A stretch of DNA of 64,000 nucleotides from a bacterium (GCA_021825655.1 JAKAGU010000004.1:11599-75598), one strand, 5' to 3'; positions 26,561 through 35,799 are shown, counted from the stretch's first letter. Numbers and translations are program-made. Notes: generated by a model from the sequence alone, not told the origin.

Positions 26561-27487
26561 TTATTGTTCCAAAAGTTCCTTTATTTTACCTGAATTTTCC
26601 AAAGCTGTCTGCCTGCCCAGCTCGTAAAACCTGCGGATGGTCTGGGAGGAAAACTCGCTGCGTTTGTATTTGCCCAGCTTGGGCTGAATTAGCATGTCGC
26701 AGGGCGGCTCTTGTAGATCCAGCTTTTGGGCGGCTAAAGCAATGTCCAGGCTTTTGCCTAACACGGAAAAAGTGCGGGGTCTTTTTTCTTCCTCTTCGGT
26801 TTCCGGAATCAGGCTGATTATCCAGTCCAGCATCTCGTTGATTTCTTCAACAAAAAATATTTTTTTCATCAAGTTGTACATTTTTTTCACGGTCAGCTGT
26901 TTGGAGGTAAAAATGTGCTTAGTGCCGCGCAAAGTAACGCCCACCACCACGTCAACGCTGGCCTGTTTCAGGCTTTCGGTGGGTACAATGGTTAAAAGCC
27001 CGCCGTCCACCAAGGTCCGTCCGCCCCAGACCACAGGCTCAAAAATCCCCGGGAGGGTGCAGGAAATCCTGGCCGCGCGGGCAATGTCGCCCATTTGCAT
27101 CAAAACTTTTTCCCCGGTCTCCACGTCCACGCAGGAAAAAGACATAAGAGGGCGGACATCTTCGAATCTCAAACCTTTGGTATATTTGCGGATTTCTTCT
27201 TCCACTAAATCCAAAGAATAATAGCCGCCTCCGTTACCCTTAAGCACCAGCTGTTTTATCTGGGCTGTGTCCAAATTTAAAACCCGCTCCTTGAATTCAG
27301 GCAAAGACCCGCAGGCATAGGCTGCCGCCACCAGGCTGCCGCCACTGCAGACTGAAATATAGTCCGGCCGCAAGCCCTGCTCGTCCAGAACTTCCAAAAA
27401 ACCGATATAGAAACTGCTTCGGTTGCCGCTGCCGCTTAAAGCCAGCCCGAATGTTCTTCTCTTTTTGTCATCTGGGTTACTTTGCAT
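26561..27487 (-). CDS. Patatin-like phospholipase
   Basis: Oxyanion GLALSGSGNRSSF, nucleophile elbow CSGGS (GxSxG) and a catalytic DGG (LVDGGLL). It is inserted between murG and murC. Start at M19 overlaps the murG stop by 11 nt; the ORF-track start at 27541 overlaps more. Confidence 0.8.
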   Translation of the reverse strand: MQSNPDDKKRRTFGLALSGSGNRSSFYIGFLEVLDEQGLRPDYISVCSGGSLVAAAYACGSLPEFKERVLNLDTAQIKQLVLKGNGGGYYSLDLVEEEIRKYTKGLRFEDVRPLMSFSCVDVETGEKVLMQMGDIARAARISCTLPGIFEPVVWGGRTLVDGGLLTIVPTESLKQASVDVVVGVTLRGTKHIFTSKQLTVKKMYNLMKKIFFVEEINEMLDWIISLIPETEEEEKRPRTFSVLGKSLDIALAAQKLDLQEPPCDMLIQPKLGKYKRSEFSSQTIRRFYELGRQTALENSGKIKELLEQ

Positions 27488-28589
27488 GGTGTTTTTCGGC
27501 CAAGAGGGCGACTTCGCCGGCAATTTTTTCCGCCGCATCATGCGGCATAATCTTGTGTATGTTTTTCAGCATGGATTTTTGCATGTCGTATTTAAACAAC
27601 AACTTCCTGACCACGTAAGCCAGCGCATCGGCCGAAAGATGTTCCTGCGGCAAAACTAAAGCGGCTTGGGTGCGGTCTAGATAATAACCGTTGAGTTCCT
27701 GGTGAGTGTCCGGCATGGGTACCACAATCGCCAACTTGCTTAGAAAGGACAATTCGCTAATGGTGGACAAACCGGCCCGGCACAGCACAATATCCGCTGC
27801 CGCGTACGCCAGGTCCACGCGGTCAATAAAATCAAACACGCGATAATGGGCCTGATCATTCAGCCCTTCGCGGCCCCGGCCCTGGGATCCGGCTGAGTGG
27901 ATTATCTGCACAGTTTTCTTCAGCTTGGGCAAGGCCTCTTGGATTAGCCGGTTCAGGAAGACTGAACCGGTGCCGCCGCCCATAACGTAGAGCACGGGCA
28001 GGTCAGAGGACAGGTTAAAATATTTCAAGGCCTCAGCTTTGTCTGCGCTGGCCAAATTGGGCCTGACAGGATTGCCGGTGACCTGAATCTTGTCAGCCCC
28101 GGGTCTGCGGTAAAAAAAGCCCACGCCCGACAAAAAATGCTTGGCAGTCGCCTCGAAAGTTACGGTAATTTTTTTGGCCGGAAACTGGCAAAGCGTGTTT
28201 GCTAAACTGGGGAGAACATCTTGTTGGTGAATGACACTGGGTATGCCCAAAAGCCAGCCAGCCCAGACCAGCGGGACCTGCACATATCCGCCGGCACAAA
28301 AAATACAGTCAATCTTCTTACGTTTTAATAAAAACAGGGCTTGCACGAAACCGAGCAGCAACGCAAAAGGCGTCAGCAGGTTTTTCCAGGAAAAATACCT
28401 CCTCAGCTTGCCCGAAGCGATGCTGGTAAATTCCAGCCCCGCCGCCTCAGCCATTCTATGCTCCGGGCCGCGGCGGGTTCCGACAAACAATAGTCGGGCT
28501 TTAGGGTGCTGAAATTTTAAATTTTGGGCAACGGCCAAAACGGGTGCGACTGGGCCGCCGGTGCCGCCGCCGGCAAATAAAATATTCAT
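27477..28589 (-). CDS. murG: Undecaprenyldiphospho-muramoylpentapeptide beta-N-acetylglucosaminyltransferase MurG
   Basis: N-terminus MNILFAGGGTGGPVAPVLAV and GT28 C-terminal domain. Confidence 0.9.
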   Translation of the reverse strand: MNILFAGGGTGGPVAPVLAVAQNLKFQHPKARLLFVGTRRGPEHRMAEAAGLEFTSIASGKLRRYFSWKNLLTPFALLLGFVQALFLLKRKKIDCIFCAGGYVQVPLVWAGWLLGIPSVIHQQDVLPSLANTLCQFPAKKITVTFEATAKHFLSGVGFFYRRPGADKIQVTGNPVRPNLASADKAEALKYFNLSSDLPVLYVMGGGTGSVFLNRLIQEALPKLKKTVQIIHSAGSQGRGREGLNDQAHYRVFDFIDRVDLAYAAADIVLCRAGLSTISELSFLSKLAIVVPMPDTHQELNGYYLDRTQAALVLPQEHLSADALAYVVRKLLFKYDMQKSMLKNIHKIMPHDAAEKIAGEVALLAEKHHAK

Positions 28590-29731
28590 GGCTGGATGGC
28601 TTTATTTGCTAAAACTCGCTCATAAACTTCACGGGTTGCCGCAGCAGTTGCAGCCCAAGAAAAATTACCCGCGCGCTGCAAACTGTTATCCGCAATCTTG
28701 CCGCGGAACTCCCGATCCCGGGCCAAAAGCTGGAGTTTTTCAGCAATATCCTCGGGATCTAAAGGGTTAAAATAGATGGCTGCGTTATCGTAAATCTCGT
28801 TGAATACTTCTGTATTGGAAACCGCAAGCGGCAGGCCGTAATGCATGGCCTCCACCCCGGGCAAGCCGAATCCTTCGTGCAGCGAGGCTGAAGTAAAAGC
28901 ATAAGCCCCCGCGTACAGGGCAGCCAAGTCAACGTCTGACACATAGTCCGTCAATACCAGGCGGTCGCGGTTCTTGATATCTAACACCTTGTGGCGGATT
29001 TCCGGGTAATGGGAATCGGCCTTGCCGGCAATCACCAAATCCATGTCCTGATGGTATTTTTTAATAAAGACGTCAAACCCCCGGGCCAGGCTGACCAGAT
29101 TTTTTTTACGCTCCATGACACCCACAAACAAAAAGTAGGGGCGGTTCAAAAAATACTTTTGTTTGACTGCCTCAACCCGGTCGGGACTGGCGCTGGCAAA
29201 AAAAGATACGCCTTCGTAGATTACCTTAACTTTATCCGCGGGAACGTTCAACAAACGGGTTATGTCGCGCTTGGAATATTCCGATACCGTAATGATTTCT
29301 GCCGCAGCCTTGGCGGCATGCTCAATCACCTTTTTATAGGCCCAAAAATGCGGTAGGCGGGTTTTTTTCGCCCCGCTGATTTTATGATGCACCATATCAT
29401 GAATAGTGACAACAAACGGCGTATTAAACGCCAGCGGTACGTTAAAATTCGGAAAGTGCATAAGGTCCAAGCCTGCTTTCTTCAGCTGGCGGTAAAACTG
29501 CCACTGTTCCCTGAGAGAATAGTGCCGGACATTGGACTCAACCAGCCTGACGCGGGTATGCCGGGCCAGCACGTCAAACACTGCATCGTTTTTTAAATCA
29601 CGATTATAAAATAGGGCAAACTCGTGCGGCAAATCCAATTGCAACAACCCCAAAACCAGCTCTTTCACATAGCGTCCAATGCCGCCATGGGCGGTTCCCA
29701 TCATTCTGATATCAATGCCGATTTTCGCCAT
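28586..29731 (-). CDS. Glycosyltransferase family 4
   Basis: GT-B fold GT4-like sequence, with E..E motif region (SLHEGFGLPGVEAM). 4-nt overlap with murG. Confidence 0.75.
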   Translation of the reverse strand: MAKIGIDIRMMGTAHGGIGRYVKELVLGLLQLDLPHEFALFYNRDLKNDAVFDVLARHTRVRLVESNVRHYSLREQWQFYRQLKKAGLDLMHFPNFNVPLAFNTPFVVTIHDMVHHKISGAKKTRLPHFWAYKKVIEHAAKAAAEIITVSEYSKRDITRLLNVPADKVKVIYEGVSFFASASPDRVEAVKQKYFLNRPYFLFVGVMERKKNLVSLARGFDVFIKKYHQDMDLVIAGKADSHYPEIRHKVLDIKNRDRLVLTDYVSDVDLAALYAGAYAFTSASLHEGFGLPGVEAMHYGLPLAVSNTEVFNEIYDNAAIYFNPLDPEDIAEKLQLLARDREFRGKIADNSLQRAGNFSWAATAAATREVYERVLANKAIQP

Positions 29732-29732
29732 T

Positions 29733-30851
29733 TTAACGTCCTGTAATTAAGGCTAAAGTCTCCCGGGCTGTTTTTTCCCAAGCATAAGTCCTGGCTTTTG
29801 CCTGGGCTTTTTCCCCCAAAGTTTTAGCCAAACCCGGCTCATCCAGCAGCAGATTAAAGGCGGCAAGCAAACTCTGCGGATCATGCGGGTTGACCAACAG
29901 CGAGGCTGAACCCAAAACTTCGGGCAAAGAAGTGACGCTGCTGACCACAGCGGGACGGCCGCAGGCCCCAGCTTCAAGTGGCTGGAAGCCGAAGCCCTCG
30001 TAAAAACTTGGGTAAACCAAAAATTTGGCCATGCGCATAAGCGCTGGCTTATGGTCTTCCTGGACATAGCCTAAAAACTTAATCCGGTGGGCTTTCGCGC
30101 TCCGTTTTATTTGCTTAAGCAGGCCGCGGTATTTCCAGCCGGGTTTGCCCGCTACAACCAAAAAAATGTCCTTATCCAAGCGCTCAAAAGCCTTGATTAG
30201 GTTGCCTAAATTTTTTCGCGGTTCCAGGGTATTTAAAAACAGCATGTAGTCACCCGGCAAACCATACAGGTTCCGCACCAGGCGGAGCGCACTTTCCGGC
30301 AAGTCCGGCTTAAACAGGTTAGCGTTGACTCCGGGATAGACGGTTTTAATTTTTGACTCGTTGATGCCCAACAGCCTGATTAAATCCTGGCGCGTATAAT
30401 CGGAAACCGCCGCGATGGCATCGGCCCGTTCAAAAATTTTACGGTAATTCAAAAACTTATGCCACAATCTTCTCTTAACGTCATAAAATTCTGGAGTCAC
30501 CAGCGGCGACAGGTCGTGAGCAGTCACCACCAAGCGAGCCTGGCTTTTTAGGCAAAACTGGTTTGGGTTGGGCATAAACAGAACATCAAACTCCCCAATA
30601 AGTTTTTCAAAATTCAAGGCGCCGGTCTTGAGGCCCAGGTTCAAAAATTTGTTGGGGTAGCGGGAATTCACCAATTGGGAATTTACAAAATGAAAATCGC
30701 TCAAAGCTTTCCGCTGGAACGCGTTATAGAATAAAATATAGGTGTTGGACTTGTCCAGTTTTAACATATGGTCCAAGAGGTTTAAAATATAGTTTTCCAC
30801 TCCGGACACATAACCGCTGGACAAGCTCCTTAAGTCAATGGCGATTTTCAT
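29733..30851 (-). CDS. Glycosyltransferase family 4
   Basis: GT4-like (YEGFGFQPLEAGACG). Start taken at MKIAIDLRSL (ATG 30851), not the upstream ORF-track start. Confidence 0.75.
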   Translation of the reverse strand: MKIAIDLRSLSSGYVSGVENYILNLLDHMLKLDKSNTYILFYNAFQRKALSDFHFVNSQLVNSRYPNKFLNLGLKTGALNFEKLIGEFDVLFMPNPNQFCLKSQARLVVTAHDLSPLVTPEFYDVKRRLWHKFLNYRKIFERADAIAAVSDYTRQDLIRLLGINESKIKTVYPGVNANLFKPDLPESALRLVRNLYGLPGDYMLFLNTLEPRKNLGNLIKAFERLDKDIFLVVAGKPGWKYRGLLKQIKRSAKAHRIKFLGYVQEDHKPALMRMAKFLVYPSFYEGFGFQPLEAGACGRPAVVSSVTSLPEVLGSASLLVNPHDPQSLLAAFNLLLDEPGLAKTLGEKAQAKARTYAWEKTARETLALITGR

Positions 30852-31953
30852 GATTGGGGCGATTAGCCGAAACAAAAATATTTTCAACAGCCTTTTTAAA
30901 ACCGGCTTGAAATTGCGCCAGACTGAATCGCTCAGCATGGTGGCGCAGCTCTTCCGGCCGGTATTTCTCCTGCTGCCATCTGCGAACAAGCTGACCAAGC
31001 TGCTCAAAATCGCCTTGGTCAAACAGCTCGCCGGTTCTCCCAGGGATAATGGTTTCCAGGCTACCGCCTTCGCTTACGCCCAGACTGGCAGTTCCGCAGG
31101 CCGCGGCCTCCAGGGGCATGAGGCCGAAGTCTTCGACTTGGGGATAAATGAAAGCCCGGGCTCCGCTGTATTCATTCCTGAGAGCATCATCACTGACTCT
31201 GCCCAAAAATTTTATATTAGGCTTGGCCAGCTTCTTGAGTAAAGCTTCCTGGCGCCCTGTGCCGGCCACATGCAAGGGCAAGCCCGACTCGTTAAACAGC
31301 TTTATAACCGCGTCGTTGTTTTTGTGCGCCTGCAACCGGCCGGCGATTAAAAAATAATCCTGCTTATCACCCGTTTTGTGCCAAAAATCCGTATCCACCG
31401 GCGGATAAACAATCCCCGCCTCACGGCCGTAAAACTTTTTTATCCGGGCCTGTACTTCGCGCGAATTAGCAAAAAAAGCCGTCACTTGCTGAGCCCGTTT
31501 ATAGTCCCAGCGACGCAGCCATTTAAGAAGCAATCCAATGACCGGCCTAAAGACCTTCAAAAACCAAGGCAGCTCCTGAGTCAGATAATCGTGATCCAGC
31601 CACAAAAAACGCGTTGGCGTGTGGCAATAATCGATATGAACGGTATTTTTTGGCACGTGAATGTTTTTTGCAAAGCTGGAACTGGAAGAAATCACCAGGT
31701 CATAACCCTTAAAACTCCAAGTTTTCAACGCCGTAGGAATCAAGGGGAAAAAATACTGGAACTTGGGAAAAATTTGATACAAACGCTGCAGCCAAGACAC
31801 GCGGATATCCCAGGTGGAATACTTTTCCCAAAGTTTTTTGCTAGCCACAAGAACAAAAACCGGCGCTTCGGGATAGAGTCCGTGAAGTGCCTGCAAAACC
31901 CGCTCCGCTCCGCCTTCCTGCGTCAAACTGTCGTGAACTAAGGCAATTTTCAT
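30835..31953 (-). CDS. Glycosyltransferase family 4
   Basis: MKIALVHDSLTQEGGAERV N-terminus and GT4 C-terminal domain (EDFGLMPLEAAACG). Confidence 0.75.
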   Translation of the reverse strand: MKIALVHDSLTQEGGAERVLQALHGLYPEAPVFVLVASKKLWEKYSTWDIRVSWLQRLYQIFPKFQYFFPLIPTALKTWSFKGYDLVISSSSSFAKNIHVPKNTVHIDYCHTPTRFLWLDHDYLTQELPWFLKVFRPVIGLLLKWLRRWDYKRAQQVTAFFANSREVQARIKKFYGREAGIVYPPVDTDFWHKTGDKQDYFLIAGRLQAHKNNDAVIKLFNESGLPLHVAGTGRQEALLKKLAKPNIKFLGRVSDDALRNEYSGARAFIYPQVEDFGLMPLEAAACGTASLGVSEGGSLETIIPGRTGELFDQGDFEQLGQLVRRWQQEKYRPEELRHHAERFSLAQFQAGFKKAVENIFVSANRPNHENRH

Positions 31954-33390
31954 CTAGTAGTCTTCCTTGGGTTTTTTCGAAAAAAACAGCAACCAAAATG
32001 ACTTAATCAAAATTTTTAGGTCCAACCAAAGCGACCAGTTTTCTATATAAAAAGTATTAAGCTTGATTTCTTCCTCGAAAGGCAAATCAGGCCAAGAAAC
32101 CTGGGCGATTTGAGAAAGGCCAAAAATCCCCGGCTTGATGGAAAACATTCGGCGGTAGCGGCTCCTGTACCTTTCAACTTCGTCCAGGACGTGAGCCCGG
32201 GGGCCGACCATGCTCATGTCGCCAATCAGCACATTCCAAAACTGGGGAATTTCGTCCAGCTTGGTGCGCCTTAAAAACCTGCCTACTCGCGTCACCCTGG
32301 GGTCGTGTTTTATCTTCAAAAATGGCGCGTCTTTGCCGCCGCGGTCATTTTTTTGCCACAATTCCTGCCTCACCTTTTCCGCTTCGTCGCCGCCGTATTT
32401 TTCCCCCACGCTTAAATGGCTGTACATGCTGCGAAACTTAAAAAATCTGAAGTCCCTGCCGCGCCCTCCCCGCATGGCTGCGTAAATGATTCGCCCGGGA
32501 CTGTCCAGTTTTATGGCAATGGCAATCAGCAGAAAAAACGGCGAAGTGAGAGCCAGACAAATGGCAGCCACCACGACATCAAGCATTCTTTTAACAACCT
32601 TGCCCCAGCCGTCAAGCGGAGTATTTTTTAAAACGATAACGGGGAAACCGCCGAGATTTGCTGTTTCAATGGCATTTTTTTGCACTTCGAATAAATTGGG
32701 AACAAAAGCAAAAGCCAATCCTTTATTGCGCGCGAACTGGACCAGCTTCAGGTTTTCCTCCTCGCTTAAACCCGGATTGGCCTGCAAAATTTCATCTATG
32801 CCGGCCTGGCTGTACACATCATCCAGCCGCTCAGCCAATCCGGATCCGCTGGGCAACTCTTTGACCACGCGAAAACCCAGAGATTTGTCCGAGTAAATTT
32901 TTTCAATCACCGCTGCCGTGCCCGAATCGCCATTGATAATTACCAAACGGTGCAAACCGAACCCTTTGGCAAAAGTCCATTTTTGCAATAGCTTGATAAG
33001 CACCCGGCCGAAGACTACAAACAAAATACCCAGAGCCCAGCTGGCCAAAATAATAAAACGGGAAGGAAAAATGCTCTGATCGAAAAAGAACAGCAAAATA
33101 ATGACCAATAGCCCCAGGGAAATCCCCACGGTGACACGGCTGATTTCCTGCCACAGCCGGCGTGCACCTTTAAGGTTATATAGCCCCAAAAAGGCAAAAA
33201 CCAAAAGCAAAATGGGGATAATATACCCTGCAAAGCCCAAAAATTGTCCGAAAGACAGCTGGTAAATAATGGGTTTGGAAATTATACTGGGTTGCAAACG
33301 CAGATAAAAAGAGGCAACCTCTGCCAGGAGAAGCATCAGGGCGTCGACAGGGATTGAAAGTAGGTTAAAAGCGAGTTCGGATTTCTTCAT
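31954..33390 (-). CDS. Polyprenyl-phosphate hexose-1-phosphate transferase (WbaP/CpsE-type bacterial sugar transferase)
   Basis: N-terminal TM bundle and a C-terminal sugar-transferase domain with DEIPQFWNVLIGDMSMVGPR. Confidence 0.85.
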   Translation of the reverse strand: MKKSELAFNLLSIPVDALMLLLAEVASFYLRLQPSIISKPIIYQLSFGQFLGFAGYIIPILLLVFAFLGLYNLKGARRLWQEISRVTVGISLGLLVIILLFFFDQSIFPSRFIILASWALGILFVVFGRVLIKLLQKWTFAKGFGLHRLVIINGDSGTAAVIEKIYSDKSLGFRVVKELPSGSGLAERLDDVYSQAGIDEILQANPGLSEEENLKLVQFARNKGLAFAFVPNLFEVQKNAIETANLGGFPVIVLKNTPLDGWGKVVKRMLDVVVAAICLALTSPFFLLIAIAIKLDSPGRIIYAAMRGGRGRDFRFFKFRSMYSHLSVGEKYGGDEAEKVRQELWQKNDRGGKDAPFLKIKHDPRVTRVGRFLRRTKLDEIPQFWNVLIGDMSMVGPRAHVLDEVERYRSRYRRMFSIKPGIFGLSQIAQVSWPDLPFEEEIKLNTFYIENWSLWLDLKILIKSFWLLFFSKKPKEDY

Positions 33391-33455
33391 ATTCAGGTGT
33401 TATTATACCATTTTTGGCCATTAAATCAAAAAATAGTACTTGCAAGTCTATATCA

Positions 33456-33487
33456 AATAACACCATCCAACGTTGGATGGTGTTATT
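33456..33487 (-). terminator. Perfect 32-nt palindrome directly 3' of rnpB (candidate terminator / structured element)
   Basis: aataacaccatccaacgttggatggtgttatt is exactly self-complementary. It starts about 1 nt after the predicted rnpB 3' end, with T-rich sequence further downstream on the minus strand. Confidence 0.5.
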
Positions 33488-33488
33488 T

Positions 33489-33825
33489 GGCTTTAAGCAA
33501 ACTCGTAAGCCGAATTCTGTTTCTAAATAATCATCTATCTGGTTCTGCCGTTGCCGGCAAAATCAAGCAGCCTACCAAACTTGGCCTTGCACCCAGGTAA
33601 GGATTTAGCCGTTTCACTCCCCGCGTTACCGCTGGGATTCAGCCAGCCTTGCGGCTGGCTGGTTGCTTTTTTTCAAAAACAACCGTCACTGTTCGCACCT
33701 CTAAGGTTACCCTCGGCGGGCGTTACCCGCTACCCCGTTGATAACTCTTAAGTGGTTATCAACCAAGTGTTCGGACTTTCCTCCCCGTGAAATTCACAGG
33801 GCGATTATTCGATTTGCTTAAAGCC
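33489..33825 (-). ncRNA. rnpB: RNase P RNA, bacterial type A
   Basis: The minus strand contains GGAGGAAAGTCCG (P4 5' strand), GGTAACGCCCG, GTGAAACGGC, GGTAGGCTGCTTGA and ACAGAATTCGGCTTA (P4 3' strand), in the order of E. coli M1 RNA. The P1 halves GGCTTTAAGCAAA / TTTGCTTAAAGCC pair. Confidence 0.9.
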
Positions 33826-33831
33826 GTAGAC

Positions 33832-33860
33832 ATTGTAGCATGTTCTGCGTAAAAAGTCAA
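33832..33860 (-). promoter_or_regulatory. Sigma-70 consensus promoter for rnpB
   Basis: The minus strand reads TTGACT, 17-nt spacer, TACAAT. The predicted TSS coincides with the RNase P RNA 5' end. Confidence 0.55.
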
Positions 33861-33869
33861 CGGGGCGTT

Positions 33870-34646
33870 TTATTTTACTTCGAAAGTCAGAGTCATGCTT
33901 TCTGTCACATCCTGGCTGCCCGGTTCGATATTCGGTGAAATTGATTTTGCAACAGAATCAGAGCCACCCCCGCCCATTCCGTATCCCCCGTAATAAGGCA
34001 CCGCGCCCGAATCGCCCGCACCCGTTTGAGAAACACTAACCACTCTGCCTAACGATAATCCGGAAACTTTGGCCAACTCCTCTGCCCTTACTTTCGCTTT
34101 TTCTATGGCTTGTTCCCTTGCGATTTGCTTTAAATTGTCCGGATCATCAAAGCCTAAAGAAACGCCGCTGATTTCGTTGGCACCCGCTTGTGTGGAATCG
34201 GCTAAAATTTTCGCCAAAACTTGCGTTGACTTGTCCACGCCTTTGACCTGCACCACGATGGTCTGCCTGGCTTCATAGCCTACAATGTCATTCTTGCCGT
34301 CTTTATAATTATACTGGGGATATATGTTAAACTGCGAGGTGGAAATATCATCTTTAGACACACCCTGCTGTTTTACAAAGTCGATGATCTTATTTACCTT
34401 CTTGCTGCTTTCGTCCTGGACAGCCGCCGAACTCGGGCCCTGGGTTACCACGCCCAGGTTAATAGTTGCCATGTCGGGCACGGCCTTAACTTTGCCTTCA
34501 GCCGTTACTGTCATGGTATTTTTCGGCACACGGCCGCTGTACCTGTCTGCTAAATCCTGGTACTTTGCCACGGCGGCAAGCGCCAAAAAAAGCATTAGCA
34601 GCACGGACACTCCAGCCACTGACCATTTTGGGAAAACGTTTTCCAT
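33870..34646 (-). CDS. SIMPL/DUF541 (YggE-like) periplasmic protein
   Basis: Signal peptide, then AVPDMATINLGVVTQ...YEARQTIVVQVKGVDKSTQVL...ISGVSLGFDDPDNLKQIAREQAIEKAK, collinear with E. coli YggE. Confidence 0.7.
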   Translation of the reverse strand: MENVFPKWSVAGVSVLLMLFLALAAVAKYQDLADRYSGRVPKNTMTVTAEGKVKAVPDMATINLGVVTQGPSSAAVQDESSKKVNKIIDFVKQQGVSKDDISTSQFNIYPQYNYKDGKNDIVGYEARQTIVVQVKGVDKSTQVLAKILADSTQAGANEISGVSLGFDDPDNLKQIAREQAIEKAKVRAEELAKVSGLSLGRVVSVSQTGAGDSGAVPYYGGYGMGGGGSDSVAKSISPNIEPGSQDVTESMTLTFEVK

Positions 34647-34691
34647 ATGTTTTGTGCACTTAATTGTATATAAATATTATACGGTAAATGT

Positions 34692-34728
34692 AAAAAAAGT
34701 AACAAAAAGCCTCCGGAATACCGGAGGC
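34692..34728 (-). terminator. Rho-independent terminator after rpsI
   Basis: The minus strand reads GCCTCCGG-tatt-CCGGAGGC followed by TTTTTGTTACTTTTTTT. Confidence 0.75.
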
Positions 34729-34746
34729 TTGTAAGAAATACGGGGA

Positions 34747-35334
34747 TTAACGCTTGGCCCACTGCGGGGAACGGCGGGCTCTTTTCAAACCCGGCTTCTT
34801 TCTTTCTTTTTTGCGGTCATCGCGGGTCAAAAGTCCGTTCTTTTTTAACACTTTCCTGACTTCTTCGGACACCTTGGATAAAGCAATCGAAATGCCATGC
34901 TGCACAGCCTGGGCCTGGGAATGCGGCCCGCCGCCTGTAACATTCGCCGTAAAATGGTATTCAGAGCCCAAGCCGGTTAGCTCAAAAGGCCTAAGCACGT
35001 CTTGCTGGTAGTATTCGTAGGAAAAAAAGTTTTTAAACGGCTTCTTATTTACCTGGCTGTCCCCTTCGCCGGCAAAAAGCCGGACGTTGGCAATGGAAGT
35101 TTTGCGCCTGCCCGTTGAAAAAACATACTTGCCCGCTGCCGGAGGCTGGTGGGCCAAGGCTGGCTTTTTAACAACTTCGGCTTCCTTAGCATGAGTAACA
35201 GCCTCTGCTTTAAGGGGTGCCTTTTTAACCGCGGGTTTGGCGACCGAAGCCTTCTTGGCAACCGTGCTTGTAGCGCGGGGCTTTCTGGCAGGCTTGTCTG
35301 CGGTGCTCTTGGAAGCTGTGCTTTTAGTAGTCAT
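34747..35334 (-). CDS. rpsI: 30S ribosomal protein S9 with a ~65-aa Lys/Ala-rich N-terminal extension
   Basis: C-terminal S9 core ending ...KKPGLKRARRSPQWAKR. The N-terminal 65 aa are K/A/T-rich low complexity. Confidence 0.9.
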   Translation of the reverse strand: MTTKSTASKSTADKPARKPRATSTVAKKASVAKPAVKKAPLKAEAVTHAKEAEVVKKPALAHQPPAAGKYVFSTGRRKTSIANVRLFAGEGDSQVNKKPFKNFFSYEYYQQDVLRPFELTGLGSEYHFTANVTGGGPHSQAQAVQHGISIALSKVSEEVRKVLKKNGLLTRDDRKKERKKPGLKRARRSPQWAKR

Positions 35335-35351
35335 ATCTGGTATTTAAAAAA

Positions 35352-35771
35352 TTATTTAACCTTGTCGATTTTATAGTCATGTGCCGCCCCCTTAACCAGC
35401 TTCAGTCTGGCCATCATGGCTTTGCGAAACTTTACATCGTCCAGCATGCTAAAAACTGCCTTGCGGAGAACCTCGGTCGGGTTCTTCTGCATCACGGTTT
35501 TTATAGCCGTCTTTCTAAGCCCGCCCAAATACCCCGAATGGTGATAATAGACTTTCTGGTCAAGCTTTCTGCCGGTCAGTTTCAGCTTGTCGGCGTTAAT
35601 TGCCACCACGTAATCGCCCATATCTAAATTAGGAGTGAAGTCGCGCTTGTGCTTGCCTCTTAAAAAGTTGGCGATTGCTGAGGCTACGCGACCCATCGAC
35701 TGCTTGGAAGCGTCGACCTGGATCCACTGCCTGGGGGTAATTTTAGCTCTGCTGATTTTATGTGGTTTCAT
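35352..35771 (-). CDS. rplM: 50S ribosomal protein L13
   Basis: WIQVDASKQSMGRVASAIANFLRGKHKRDFTPNLDMGDYVVAINADK. Confidence 0.95.
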   Translation of the reverse strand: MKPHKISRAKITPRQWIQVDASKQSMGRVASAIANFLRGKHKRDFTPNLDMGDYVVAINADKLKLTGRKLDQKVYYHHSGYLGGLRKTAIKTVMQKNPTEVLRKAVFSMLDDVKFRKAMMARLKLVKGAAHDYKIDKVK

Positions 35772-35799
35772 ACTTCTGACTTAACTGCTGATTAATTGA

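Noticed and set aside
26561-27487. Patatin lipase as a CBASS/defence effector
   Set aside because: There is no cyclase (CD-NTase), SMODS/SAVED sensor or other defence gene adjacent. It sits inside the murG-murC operon, so a defence-island interpretation is unsupported.
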